Assembly (NCBI GenBank): GCA_051362555.1
Contig: CM120646.1
Span: 24,212,142-24,276,141 of the forward strand
DNA: 64,000 nucleotides
Reading direction: 5' to 3'
DNA from: Lingula anatina
Lineage: Eukaryota > Animalia > Brachiopoda
Every line of letters starts with the position of its first letter. Position 1 is the first letter of the stretch. Positions 38,316 to 48,200 of this stretch are shown here, one piece after another. Both the position numbers and the translations under genes were made by a program. Under the pieces are notes generated by a model. That model was given only the letters and a program-made list of their open reading frames with translations. It made no database searches and had not been told where the DNA came from.

Positions 38316-40395
38316 GTTATTCATTTGTTACGGATAACTTGACATAATAATGGATGCGGATGTTCTAGTGCACATGTGCACAGTAACAAGAAGAATAGGG
38401 AAACCTCAAACTATGGCACAGAGTGTAGAAATACAAGTTAAAAGCTTATAAGAGGTGTGGGGGAAAGAGGCCCATCACAAAGCCTTAATACAATAGAAAA
38501 GGGCAATGAGCAACATCTAGAAGCCAATGATACCAGCTGGCAGTTTTATGTAGCAATGGTTAAACAGAGAGCAAATCTAAACTTATACCTGAAGTTTAAA
38601 TTTGAATTAGTAATTTTGGATGGTAGCATACATATATAGTAGGACATTTAAGTTAATCCTGAAGGCCTATAAGAATTGTCATATAACAGTTCTTTAAAAC
38701 TAAGTTTCAATAATCAGACTAAATCTTTTCAAAATTAAAAATTTTGTAAACAGACTGAATTTCAAAACATGTTTGGCAATAAATAAATAAATAAATAAAT
38801 ATATAAATAAATGAATAGAATTACAAATTATTAGCGCTTAGAATAAAAAGGTCTCAGTGTTTAGTATATACAACAAGATCACAAATACAGAATATTTATC
38901 ATTCTAGCTCTCCCTGTCCAGACATATAAACGTTATGTTAATGACTCAATCTCTGCAATGGGGAAAATTTTGAAATTTATAGATACTGTACTACTTTCAG
39001 AAATAAAATTTTAAAAGTGAAACATACCTATTGAGGGATAGCAAAAATTGAAAAGTATTTTGCTATTCAATGCAGTGAAAGCACCATAATGCCATATAGA
39101 AAAAATATAATCCTTGATTCCAAAATTATGTATCTGAAAGATTGTTACAGTAATTGTCTGTAGATTATTTCAGTGATGTATAATTAGGATAAGGTCAACA
39201 TACAGAGAATACAAAACCCAGTCAAAAATAACCCAGATGAATTGCTTCAGATGAGACCAACACAGAATCTTCCCATCACAATCAGATATATTACACACAT
39301 ATATGGTCACATAGTGGCTTATATCAATACCACAGAATCTTTCCATCACAATCAGATATATTACACATATACATGGTCACATAGTGGCTTATATCAATAC
39401 CACAGAATCTTCCCATCACAATCAGATATATTACACACATATACATGGTCACATAGTGGCTTATATCAATACCACAGAATCTTCCCATCACAATCAGATA
39501 TATTACACACATATATGGTCACATAGTGGCTTATATCAATACCACAGAATCTTCCCATCACAATCAGATATATTACACACATATACATGGTCACATAGTG
39601 GCTTATATCAATACCACAGAATCTTACCATCACAATCAGATATATTACACACATATATGGTCACATAGTGGCTTATATCAATACCACAGAATCTTCCCAT
39701 CACAATCAGATATATTACACACACACACACACACACACATATATAAACCACCCCATCTCCTTGAAAATCAACATGGAACAAAAGCAAGAGACAAATAAAT
39801 ATACAAATTTATATTTTTTTCACTTTACTGATTATGACAAGAAATGAAGACCTGTGCATTTTGGCAGCCTTGTAATGTTTTACAAGGTTTAGTAAGGTGA
39901 TTTGGTTGATAAACTTAAAACAGTTTTACAAGGTTTAGTAAGGTGAATTGGCAATTTATTTTACAAAGATCTTTTGAACCCTAAAAAAATCTTTCTTGCC
40001 AAACTGATAAAACAATCTGATATCACCTCATATCACCTCGTATATTTGTCAGCAATAAGGATAAGAGGTGTCAGCACAATGCATTTACAGGGTTATCAAG
40101 AGGCAACACTTAACAATAAACTCAGTGCCAAGTTTTGTAAATGAAAAATGGGAAGTCAAAGGATTTCCTGTGTCTTTATTTAGATAACTATAAACACTGT
40201 ATAACAAACAATCTGTACAATGTCAAAATCAATCAACATACCTTCCCGTATCTTCATCAACTCTTCAAAATATTTGGCGCCAAATAAGTGGATGTCTTCT
40301 GGTTGGTTACGCAGAACCTCTCGTGCAAGGCCTTCCAATAGATTCTGGAACCCACGAGGAACACGCAGCTTGGTGTTGGAAAAGGGGACAGCCAT
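577..40395 (-). CDS. SPA17: SPA17/Sp17-like protein: RIIa D/D domain plus ~20 IQ motifs (spliced gene model, ~879 aa if all exons are included)
   Basis: Exons: 40395-40242, 20685-20615, 20232-20054, 18291-18132, 16001-15951, 14786-14610, 13318-13241, 12986-12909, 11644-11564, 11375-11295, 11121-11041, 10854-10774, 10600-10520, 10051-9971, 9805-9725, 9028-8948, 7917-7837, 7462-7382, 5849-5763, 4042-3899, 1396-1183, 1013-577. All introns are GT-AG with matching phases; total 2640 nt, open to TAA at 579-577. The N-terminus MAVPFSNTKLRVPRGFQNLLEGLAREVLRNQP...DPVEHGAKLEDRFYNNKAF is the Sp17 signature. Confidence 0.88.
1183..1396 (-). CDS. SPA17: SPA17-like penultimate exon
   Basis: GFKARKEVEAKKSEAG...EEEIDIDLEDPEVEKAATKIQAGFK; G|GTAGTT, phase 1. 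Confidence 0.86.
1522..2087. repeat. Minisatellite, 15-bp unit arranged as 30-bp dimers
   Basis: (ataaactatggtgctgtagactacggtgcc)n. Confidence 0.95.
2250..3889. repeat. Tandem repeat, ~101-bp unit, ~16 copies, abutting the donor at 3898
   Basis: gacagtagtgacagcagtagtgtagataacagag... recurs every ~101 bp. Confidence 0.95.
3899..4042 (-). CDS. SPA17: SPA17-like exon (acidic DIDL plus first half of IQ)
   Basis: EEKAEAAATEALKEPEPAAKTEEKEEIDIDLNDPEVEKAATKIQAGFK; ctag| ... AAG|GTGGGA. Confidence 0.86.
4052..4621. repeat. Tandem repeat, 57-bp unit, ~10 copies, abutting the acceptor at 4043
   Basis: tgatgatatctatgtctcagaatacatgatatgagttgtatggagaggtgtaaatat. Confidence 0.95.
4984..5063. repeat. (ATATA)n pentanucleotide microsatellite
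   Basis: Read directly from the sequence. Confidence 0.95.
5763..5849 (-). CDS. SPA17: Single-IQ exon M (87 nt)
   Basis: ETKEAAACKIQAGFRGMRDRKRVKEIKSG; donor |GTAAGA. Confidence 0.8.
7382..7462 (-). CDS. SPA17: Single-IQ cassette exon L (81 nt)
   Basis: AAESHAATKIQAGFRGMHARQKVKVIK. Confidence 0.8.
7837..7917 (-). CDS. SPA17: Single-IQ(IE) cassette exon K (81 nt)
   Basis: EVESKAATKIEAGFRGMKARKEVKKMK. Confidence 0.8.
8495..8943. repeat. Tandem repeat, 64-bp unit, 7 copies, abutting the donor of exon J
   Basis: tatttaataacccaggaccacactgggtgagctaagtcccatgctatcaatgtgtcaggtgaga. Confidence 0.95.
8948..9028 (-). CDS. SPA17: Single-IQ cassette exon J (81 nt)
   Basis: EREVEAATKIQAGFRGMHVRHQVQVMK. 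Confidence 0.8.
9725..9805 (-). CDS. SPA17: Single-IQ(IE) cassette exon I (81 nt)
   Basis: EVETEAATKIEAGFRGMKARRDVRHMK. Confidence 0.8.
9971..10051 (-). CDS. SPA17: Single-IQ(IE) cassette exon H (81 nt)
   Basis: MVETEAATKIEAAYRGMKAREEIKHKK. Confidence 0.8.
10239..10316 (-). pseudogene. Decayed IQ pseudo-exon
   Basis: The minus strand reads ...INTGYLCMKARK*FKHR. It has an in-frame TAA and AAG|GA where the sibling exons have AAG|GT. It lies at roughly the array spacing between exons G and H. Confidence 0.6.
10520..10600 (-). CDS. SPA17: Single-IQ(IE) cassette exon G (81 nt)
   Basis: EVETEAAIKIEAAFRGMHARKEVKHKK. Confidence 0.78.
10774..10854 (-). CDS. SPA17: Single-IQ(IE) cassette exon F (81 nt)
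   Basis: EVETEAATKIEAAFRGMHARKEVKLKK. Confidence 0.78.
11041..11121 (-). CDS. SPA17: Single-IQ(IE) cassette exon E (81 nt)
   Basis: EVETEAAIKIEAAFRGMHARKEVKLKK. Confidence 0.78.
11295..11375 (-). CDS. SPA17: Single-IQ(IE) cassette exon D (81 nt)
   Basis: EVETEAATKIEAAFRGMHARKEVKLKK. Confidence 0.78.
11564..11644 (-). CDS. SPA17: Single-IQ(IE) cassette exon C (81 nt)
   Basis: AVKTEAATKIEAGFRGMKARKEVKHKK. Confidence 0.8.
12909..12986 (-). CDS. SPA17: Single-IQ cassette exon B (78 nt)
   Basis: VRRSAAVKIQAGFRGMKTRRRVKVLK; phase 0/0. Confidence 0.8.
13241..13318 (-). CDS. SPA17: Single-IQ cassette exon A (78 nt)
   Basis: AQTAAAVKIQAGFRGMRARHKVQALK; phase 0/0. Confidence 0.8.
13304..13637. repeat. 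Tandem repeat, 56-bp unit, 6 copies, each containing the exon A acceptor
   Basis: tgctgcagtctgagcctgacaaatacaacagcacataaggtcacagtgactgttac. Confidence 0.95.
14175..14482. mobile_element. Palindromic MITE (family 1), TAA target-site duplication
   Basis: Inverted arms of ~135 bp (GACCGCATTCACAACGAG... / ...CTCGTTG..AATGCAGTC) around a short spacer, flanked by TAA. Confidence 0.85.
14610..14786 (-). CDS. SPA17: SPA17-like exon (acidic DIDL plus IQ)
   Basis: SAHDDANMAPSQEP...EEIDIDLNDPEVEKAATKIQAGFKGMKARKNVKAVK; ccag| ... AAG|GTTTGT. Confidence 0.85.
15951..16001 (-). CDS. SPA17: SPA17-like exon (second half of the IQ motif)
   Basis: AGFKGMKARKQVSDMKT; tacag| ... |GTAAGA. Confidence 0.87.
16099..17037. 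repeat. Minisatellite, ~35-37-bp variant units
   Basis: actgtgccacactggtgtcaacatcagtctgtac(aact/gtc). Confidence 0.95.
18132..18291 (-). CDS. SPA17: SPA17-like exon (acidic DIDL segment, first half of an IQ motif)
   Basis: DPEEYEKQKQARDARKKNK...EEVDIDLTDPEVEKAATKIQ; ttttccag| ... CAG|GTAAGC. Confidence 0.88.
20054..20232 (-). CDS. SPA17: SPA17-like exon with two IQ motifs
   Basis: KPDIDSGDPQQQEAAVKIQTKYRQHAATQEVQEMREDQAAIMIQSGYRGFQGRQRVLKM; ctgcag| ... AA|GTAAGT. Confidence 0.88.
20615..20685 (-). CDS. SPA17: SPA17-like exon (EEGIDPVEHGAKLEDRFYNNKAFK)
   Basis: 71 nt, tccag|...AAG|GTAATG; contains the conserved Sp17 EDRFYNN motif. Confidence 0.9.
20772..22440. repeat. Minisatellite, ~39-41-bp unit, ~40 copies
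   Basis: ttataccacacttcaacatcatgtcaatgtagacact(ct)cca. Confidence 0.95.
22494..22709 (+). mobile_element. MITE (family 2)
   Basis: TIRs GACTGCATTCCCACA / TGTGGGAATGCAGT, preceded by TTA. Related copies at ~34719 and ~46418. Confidence 0.75.
23919..24144 (-). CDS. Putative second alternative first coding exon (MGNKLDHVKQDLEDW..., 75 aa, helical then acidic)
   Basis: ATG at 24144. Donor GAG|GTGGGT after 226 nt is phase 1 and compatible with exon 20685. Composition is protein-like. Possible acceptor tttcag| at 24271. Confidence 0.55.
28420..32700. promoter_or_regulatory. CpG-retaining intronic domain, candidate internal promoter or enhancer
   Basis: Visibly more CG dinucleotides than the flanks. 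Motifs: TATAAAA 32042-32048, YY1-like CAAGATGGCG 32051-32060, CACGTG 32061-32066, octamer ATTTGCAT 32560-32567, GGGCGGG 32581-32587, TGACGTC 32590-32596. Confidence 0.4.
32772..33758. repeat. Minisatellite, 56-bp unit
   Basis: aatactgttatctccattgtgttggaatcaatccctgattgtggcagttgaacctc. Confidence 0.95.
33763..34398. repeat. Minisatellite, 66-bp unit, directly joined to the previous array
   Basis: attatattcacctccaaccaactctctattaccatggaaatactagtagctaggctgaccaagtttataggt-like unit; the ORF track shows a constant-period peptide repeat. Confidence 0.9.
34719..34941 (-). mobile_element. MITE family 2, inverted and diverged copy
   Basis: Reverse-complement similarity to 22494-22709 (gttaattacccccttatagct, ctagtgagactccc, atctgtgggaatg). 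Confidence 0.7.
35629..36259 (-). CDS. Putative alternative first coding exon of the SPA17-like gene (MGCAASS..., 210 aa low-complexity region, myristoylation/palmitoylation-type N-terminus)
   Basis: Long non-repetitive ORF. Strong donor CAG|GTAAGT after 631 nt is phase 1, matching the acceptor at 20685. Polypyrimidine acceptor ...gttacag| at 36319. Confidence 0.7.
36366..36928. repeat. Minisatellite, 44-bp unit, ~13 copies, just upstream of the MGC exon acceptor
   Basis: gagatctgctggctactgggtctctatgacaaacataagtctct. Confidence 0.95.
39260..39742. repeat. Minisatellite, ~69-73-bp unit
   Basis: cacagaatcttcccatcacaatcagatatattacacacatata..tggtcacatagtggcttatatcaatac. Confidence 0.93.
40242..40395 (-). 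CDS. SPA17: SPA17-like first coding exon, RIIa dimerisation/docking domain
   Basis: MAVPFSNTKLRVPRGFQNLLEGLAREVLRNQPEDIHLFGAKYFEELMKIRE; 154 nt; donor G|GTATGT (phase 1). An acceptor ttttcag|G at 40453 implies an upstream non-coding exon. Confidence 0.92.
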
Positions 40396-40539
40396 CTTGT
40401 TTGTTTTGAGCAAATTTTCTACGGAAGTTTAACAGAGATAATGGATCTTGTTCCTGAAAAATAAATATAAACTAATCATATTTCTTGTTAACAAATGTCT
40501 AACATTAAAGCAAAAATAACTCTTCCTTTGAGAATCAAA

Positions 40540-42221
40540 ATTCCGCATGAAATACATTGTAAACAACGCATGGAAATATATTCTATTGTATTTTACCACT
40601 AAAAGGGCCGTTATTGTAGTAAAACTAAAATCTGTGCTTGTCAATAGGGCTTTCGATGCTTTTCTTCCCAGTCATCAAGGCATTTGTTGTAAATGACGTA
40701 ATGGTGTCACGCAGATTCTCGCATTCATTCGAGACCAAAATAACATATGGCACCAAACGCATTAATGCAGACGCAGATGTAAGTTGCAAGTTTTTATACA
40801 GTGCGTCGGATAACGAAAAGCCCAGAATGGCACACATTGTGGATATTAATGTATTTTTAACAAAAAGACGAATATATCTCATGAATCTTATATAGTGTTG
40901 TTGTTGTCTGCTTTTCCCGTGGTTTTAAGTAGGTCAACAGTGACTATGCGATGTCAGAGAGAGCTCCGTCAGTTAAAATCTCTTAAGAGATTTTAACAAA
41001 AAACCGTACGTTTAGGAAAAAAACCCTGGATTAACTTTGAATACAGGAATGGGGTTGCTGACCATTGGTAAGTACGGGAAAATTGCCGTTTACTCCAGGA
41101 AAATCCAATTTTTGACCAAAATGAAGAGTTATTATGACTTTAACAACTGAAACAGTCTTATCCCAAAATATTTCTACCAAACAGTTACTAATAACCATGC
41201 AAGGCTGTGGCTATTTTATTTTGACAAATAAGCCTTCTAGTAAAAGGCCTCAGATCATATCAACATTTAGTAAACTAATACTGGCAAAATGAATAAATTT
41301 GTGAGAAAACTATATCTGTAAAATACATGCACACTAAAATGTACAGTAACTATAACAAAGTACAAGCACTTAAAATGAGTAATGAAAACCATCTATAGGC
41401 ATAATTGCTTTTGAAACCATCCAAAAAATAAACAAAAGACGATAATATTTGCATGTTTCAGTAATAAACAATGCTGGTGAACATTTACGCTCATCACCAT
41501 TAATCAAATATCACAAAAACTGTTCATCTAGTCATCCAAGTGAGACTTCTTGCTACTGTTTACACTCCTTGACGACTGTCAGTTATTTCCAGGTACAAAA
41601 AAATTGACAACGAGCGTCTGTTTAATAGAGAGTGCAGATAACAGAGGACAATTTAGTTACACGTAGAAGATTACTCAGTTCTACTGCAAATTTAATTGTA
41701 AAATTTGGTCAAAAGGATATTTTAACGTTTTTAACATGTCACACCATATCACGCACATGTCGTAAGCGTCGTATGACAACGCGTCGACAGCAAGGTTTGT
41801 GGCTATTTTCACCCAACACTCTCAATCAAATTACTATTTTTCAATTCTACTGTAATAACACTAAGCAAAATATATCATAAACTATCACAAAACTTTGCCA
41901 TACGTACAAATGGACGGAATTTTTTCAACTACTCGCTCCTTCTTTGGTCAAATCTTCGCCATACCAAAACAACTCGTAACTCTAGCAGTGCCGCAGAAAA
42001 TAAAGGTGACAAATGACTGTAAAGTAATATGATCTCGAATATGATAGACGACATACATAAAAATAACACTATCGAATATAATCAAGAAATGTGTTGTGAT
42101 TTCATAATTTTGCAAACGATAGTATAAAAATTGTGTACTAAAAATGCCCAATCAAAATTGTCTTTGCTTTTGCCTCATTTCGGAAACGACTGTATCGCCA
42201 TCTATATATCTGCAACACAGG
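40540..42221. promoter_or_regulatory. Divergent (bidirectional) promoter region between SPA17-like and ZNHIT2
   Basis: The head-to-head ATGs are 1.8 kb apart. The region retains CpG while the gene bodies are depleted. An imperfect X-box-like GTCGTATGACAAC lies at 41768-41780. Confidence 0.6.
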
Positions 42222-42268
42222 ATGGAGGACGATCAAAACATTTCGAAAACGGAGGCAATTTGTCGTGT
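42222..42268 (+). CDS. ZNHIT2: ZNHIT2 exon 1
   Basis: MEDDQNISKTEAICRV; donor |GTGAGT; supplies the first Cys of the zf-HIT domain. Confidence 0.85.
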
Positions 42269-45200
42269 GTGAGTAAACGCTAACGTCAGTGATACGTATT
42301 TTTCTAGAAAACTTAGATGTATGGATGTCGTAGCGTAAAATATATAGAATATATGAAAAAGGTGTGATATTAATGCGAGGATGGTCTTGGTGTTGGGCGG
42401 TGGAGGTTTTAGGGGGGGGGGTCTACCATGAAAGACAGATGAAGCTTACTTTACCCTACTCATGGCCCGCTGGACGGGCATATTGGTTTGCTTTACATGA
42501 GTTTGCGAGTTGAGGAGATGAGAGGTAGGATAAAGATTTGAGAGCACCCGTATCATGGAGGACGTGCAAACTGGTTGCCATTATACAATTTTTAGGCCTT
42601 TGATTTCAAGTTCTATGCGTAAACAGCAGCGTTTGCACAGACAGTGTAAAACTGGTCTGAGGAATCTTCGATTTTTTAATAAGCATAAGGATAAAATAGG
42701 CGAGTACAGGGTGGAGTGTTTTGTCCAATTGAACGCCCATACATTTACTGCATTTCGGAACTTAGGAGCAGTGAAACTCACTTCACCTGATACAGTTAAC
42801 ATTTAAGTTGTTTTCTGCTAGAGTTTTGCTCTTCTGATATAACTTACATCATGTCTTATGTATGTGTATTCTATGATCTGGCAGTCCCTTCACATTTTTA
42901 TTTAGGGACAAAAGGGAGAAAGTCACAAGCATGGTTTTCTCTTGTACAGTTAGTGTCTACACATTGAAAATATTAAAAAATGGTATGTACTCTTAAAAAA
43001 CAGTTGGGGGGAGGGGGGCATTGACATATTGAGTTACTGTAATTATGGTCCAAATTATATTTATTGAGTGATCTTTGATATATTTCAGGTGTTTGAAGAC
43101 TGTTTCTAAGTACATATGTCCTCGCTGTCACCTCCAATACTGCAGTGTGACTTGCTACAGGAGCCCACACCATGAAAACTGCAGTGAGAGCTTCTACAGG
43201 GACTGCGTCATGGAAGGACTCAAAGATTATGGCTCAAGGTACAACCTAACTAGTGGTAACCAGGAGATGGATATATTTTAGTCTCAGCTCAGATTTGTCC
43301 CTAATTTAACTGAGGGTGATGTTGAATATGTGTCATATCTGCCTCCCATAGTATTTATAAAATAAAGACTACAGCTTCAGAACATCTAGTAAATGATCCA
43401 TATCGAAACTTAGATGACATCAAACACAGCAACAGATTACACAGAACATGTGGTTCATTTTGGAATAGTCTCAGTCTTTTTTTCTATTAAAAAGTAACCT
43501 ACATGGTCCATCAGTATGTTAATTTCTTTTCAAGAATTTTTTTTTTAAACAGCAAAGAAGATAAACTGAAGGTTCGGGACATGCTACAAAGGTTAAACAC
43601 AGATCAGCTGGGAGACGGGGAGGATCATGGTAAGAACTCGGTACATACACAGAGGTTAAACACAGATCAGCTGGGAGACGGGGAGGATCATGGTAAGAAC
43701 TCGGTGCAGACATTATGATGAGTGTATATAGCTTGGCTATGATTCACCTGTGTGTTGAAATAGTGTGATAGGGAAACATTTACAGGTAACCTTAGGTAAG
43801 CAATAACTTAGCTGGGATATGGCTCAGGTAGGGTTGGTGACCCATTGTCTTAAGATGTTTGTACACTTAATTTAAGATTTGCTGATTTTTTTACACAAGT
43901 AACAGATGTCCCATGTAGGTATGTTTCTGTAAATGCCACATTTGCCAAACATGATTCTGTACAATTGAGTTTATATTTGCAGAGAGTGAAGACAATGAAG
44001 ATGAAGCAGAAGAGTTTCCAAGTCTAGCAGATAGAATCCAAGGTTTGGACTTAGGTAAGTAGATAGAATCCAAGGTTTGGACTTAGGTAAGCAAATAGAA
44101 TCCAAGGTTTGGACTTAGGTAAGCAAATAGAATCCAAGGTTTGGACTTAGGTAAACAAATAGAATCCAAGGTTTGGACTTAGGTAAGCAAATAGAATCCA
44201 AGGTTTGGACTTAGGTAAGCAAATAGAATCCAAGGTTTGGACTTAGGATCCAAGGTTTGGACTTAGGTAAGAAGATAGAATCCAAGGTTTGGACTTGGGT
44301 AAGCAGATAGAATCCAAGGTTTGGACTTGGGTAAGCAGAATGACTTGATACCTAGTACTTAAAGAGTTAACTTGTAGTTACAACAAGTCACTCACTGTGT
44401 CCAATACACAATAATTTTAAATTGAGCTTGCAGCCAACATGGACATAGGCCTTTATGTTGAAACTTTATGTCTAGCTTGCCAGTAAGCTATCCATGAAAT
44501 TATGTTCAGCTTGTGTTCAATAAGAACTATATATGATCCAACTACCAAATTATTGAATAATTTGTCTCATGTGTTATATCTTATTCTAGACAAAGACACA
44601 GAAAAAATTTGGGAAAAACTCACTCAGTGGGAAAAACAAGAATTTGAGGAGATGGCTAAAGATGGCAGGCTGCTTAACTTAGTAGAACAGTGGGACCCTT
44701 GGTGGAATATAAAGGTAGGTATGATGATGTGCTCCCATATAGGACATTGGATTTCACTATAGGATGATGTTCTACCATATAGGACATTGGATTTCACTAT
44801 AGGATGATGTTCTACCATATAGGACATTGGATTTCACTATGGGATGATGTTCTACCATATAGGACATTGTATTTCAATATGGGATGATGCTCTTCTATAC
44901 ACAATGTTGGTCTTTCATAGAAGATCAGTGGTCTTCCTTGTAGAATGTTGGTCTATCATATAGGACGTTGGTCTTCCATAGAGGAACATTGGTCTACCAT
45001 ATAGGACGTTGGTCTTCCATAGAGGAACGTTGGTCTACCATATAGGACTTTGGTCTTCCATAGAGGAACGTTGGTCTTCCATATAGGACGTTGGTCTTCC
45101 ATAGAGGAACGTTGGTCTACCATATAGGACGTTGGTCTTCCATATAGAACAATGGTCTTCTATAGAGGAACATTGGTCTTCCATATAGAATGTTGATCTT

Positions 45201-48200
45201 CATATAGAACTTTAAAGTTAAACGAGACTTGGTTGTAAGTTGAAGTTGGACTGGGATTTTGTCTGAAAGGCCAGCAAGCAAAGTCTTAGCATCTAAAGAG
45301 TGCAGTCCTACATCTCGCGTCGTGTTATATTTTAAAGAAACTTAGTGACACACATATCACATGATAAATCCCATGAAACATGGGAAGGGAGGCAGTTGAC
45401 ATATTTTTGATGTTTATGGCAGTTTTTAAAAAAGTCTAATGTAGTCATCAGTAGTTGTATTTCAATGCAGAAGCACTAGAAATTCAGTGTTGTGCTCCAT
45501 TTTCTAGGAAAGTGATCTCATTGAAGAAGACAGGATATCGTTGAGGCCAGCACTTCCAAAGATAGCAGAGAACATTCCACAGATGACTTCACTGCTGCCT
45601 GTTAGTTTTTACAACTGAAGTATAGGTCATATAACTATAGAACTGTACAATATTAAAACTGGTGTGAACATTCCATAGATAACTTCACTGCTGCCTGTAA
45701 GTTTTTACAACTGAAGTATAGGTCATATGGCTGTAGAACTGTTTTCTTTTTTTCTTTTTTTACCTTGTATTTTTTATTTGGATAATCTGGGCCTAGATGA
45801 TGATGTATTCCATTCCTGTATTCTCCTTTTTCTTTCAGAAAGGCAAAGTGTCCGAGTGTGTCAAGTATTCCCTGGTGGACATCTTGTTTTCTTATGCTTA
45901 TGTTGCTAGGTTACACAATGGAGATTTGGAAGTATCTACACAGGATTGTGCTCAGGTCAGTATTCATCATAGAAGTATCTACACAGGATTGTACTCAGGT
46001 CAGTATTCATCATAGAAGTATCTACACAGGATTGTACTCAGGTCAGTATTCATCATAGAAGTATCTACACAGGATTGTGCTCAGGTCAGTATTCATCATA
46101 GAAGTATCTACACAGGATTGTACTCGGGTCAGTATTCATCATAGAAGTATCTACACAGGATTGTACTCAGGTCAGTATTCATCATAGAAGTATCTACACA
46201 GGATTGTACTCAGGTCAGTATTCATCATAGAAGTATCTACACAGGATTGTACTCAGGTCAGTATTCATCATAGAAGTATCTACACAGGATTGTACTCAGG
46301 TCAGTATTCATCATAGAAGTATCTACACAGGATTGTACTCAGGTCAGTATTCATCTCGTCTAAAAGAACTGATTTCATAATAGCATCAGTTGGAGTGTAC
46401 AATATTAGCCAATATTAGACTGGAGTCCCATGCCTAGATCAATCCATCTGGATCGGTCTAACTCCCTGGGGAGTCTCACTAAATTGCTATCAACCAACTG
46501 GCTTAAATGTCTGTCACGCCTACCCAATTAGCTACACACACACACTTATAATTGATATTTTAATTGGCAACACATTTTAATTTTTTTTTAAATTAAGACC
46601 CCTCTCCTTTGCACGTGGTAGTCTGTTAGTAATCAGTTCTTGTCCTTCTAATAATTGGACAACAATTTGGGTTTTTTTCTTCAAATGCAGATGAACCCTA
46701 TTCAATTTGAGGGCAGAAGGTCCAAGGTTGCTGAGAATGGCCTGCCTCTTTCAGCAACTGATATGTCATTTTCATATTTTTTCTCAAATTTTCTATTTTA
46801 GGAAATCCTGTCTTTATCACCTAGTTTGAATGAAAGCCAAAATTATCCAAATGCTGTGGAAGCACTTCATGGATGTTTACAGTGTTTACAAGAGGTATGT
46901 TGACAGGATCTTTTCTCTTGCTCTCCCTATCTCTTTCTCTCTCTCTCTCTCATTTTTAAGTTAGAAAATAAATTTATCTGCATTAATAGGTGCATCAAAA
47001 AACAAAACAAAAAGAAGAGTGATATATATATATATATAATTAATGTCCAGTGGTTTGTGCTTCACCATAGAAAATTAACAAAGTAATTAACTTGGCACCA
47101 TAAAGAAAACACATAAGTTATCTAGCTGACAACATTCTGTTATCTTTCAGAGAGCAAATGTTCTGTTTGTATCTCAGTCTTATAATAGTGTACTATAGTT
47201 ATCTAGCTGACAACATTTTGTTATCTTTCAGAGAGCAAATGATCTGTTTGTGTCTCAGTCTTATTATATTGTACTATAGTTATCTAGCTGACAACATTCT
47301 GTTATCTTTCAGAGAGCAAATGATCTGTTTGTATCTCAGTCTTATAGTATTGTACTATAGTTATTTAGCTGACAACATTTTGTTATCTTTCAGAGAGCAA
47401 ATGATCTGTTTGTATCTCAGTCTTATAGTATTGGAATTGTGGAGGATGTCCAGAAGATTCTGGTTGGACCAAGCAGGTTCAGGGCTCAGGCTTATGTGAT
47501 GGCGGCCCTGTCACATGTACTACAACTGTTACAGCTAGGAGGAAAAGCTGTGAACAGAGGTTGGTAATGGATCAATATGACATATCACTATTATCAGCCC
47601 TTACATAGGTCATAGACTGGTCTAATAATATAGCTGGATAAATATGGCATATCACTATTATCAGCCCTTACATAGGTCATAGACTGGTCTAATAATATAG
47701 CTGGATAAATATGGCATATCACTATTATCAGCCCTTACATAGGTCATAGACTGGTCTAATAATATAGCTGGATCAATATGGCATATCACTATTATCAGCC
47801 CTTACATAGGTCCTAGACTGGTCTAATAATATAGCTGGATCAATATTGCATATCACTATTATCAGCCCTTACGTAGGTCCTAGACTGGTCTAATAATATA
47901 GCTGGATCAATATGACATATCACTATTATCAGCCCTTACGTAGGTCATAGACTGGTCTAATAATATAGCTGGATCAGTATGACATATTACTATTCTCAGC
48001 CCTTACATAGGTCATAGACTGGTCTAATAATATAGCTGGATCAATATGACATATCACTATTATCAGCCCTTACATAGGTCATAGACTGGTCTAATAATAT
48101 AGCTGGATAAATATGGCATATCACTATTATCAGCCCTTACATAGGTCATAGACTGGTCTAATAATATAGCTGGATAAATATGACATATCACTATTATCAG

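Noticed and set aside
43700-43890. Possible intronic C/D snoRNA (ATGATGA ... CTGA) in ZNHIT2
   Set aside because: No terminal stem or recognisable rRNA/snRNA antisense element; it would need a snoscan or Infernal search.
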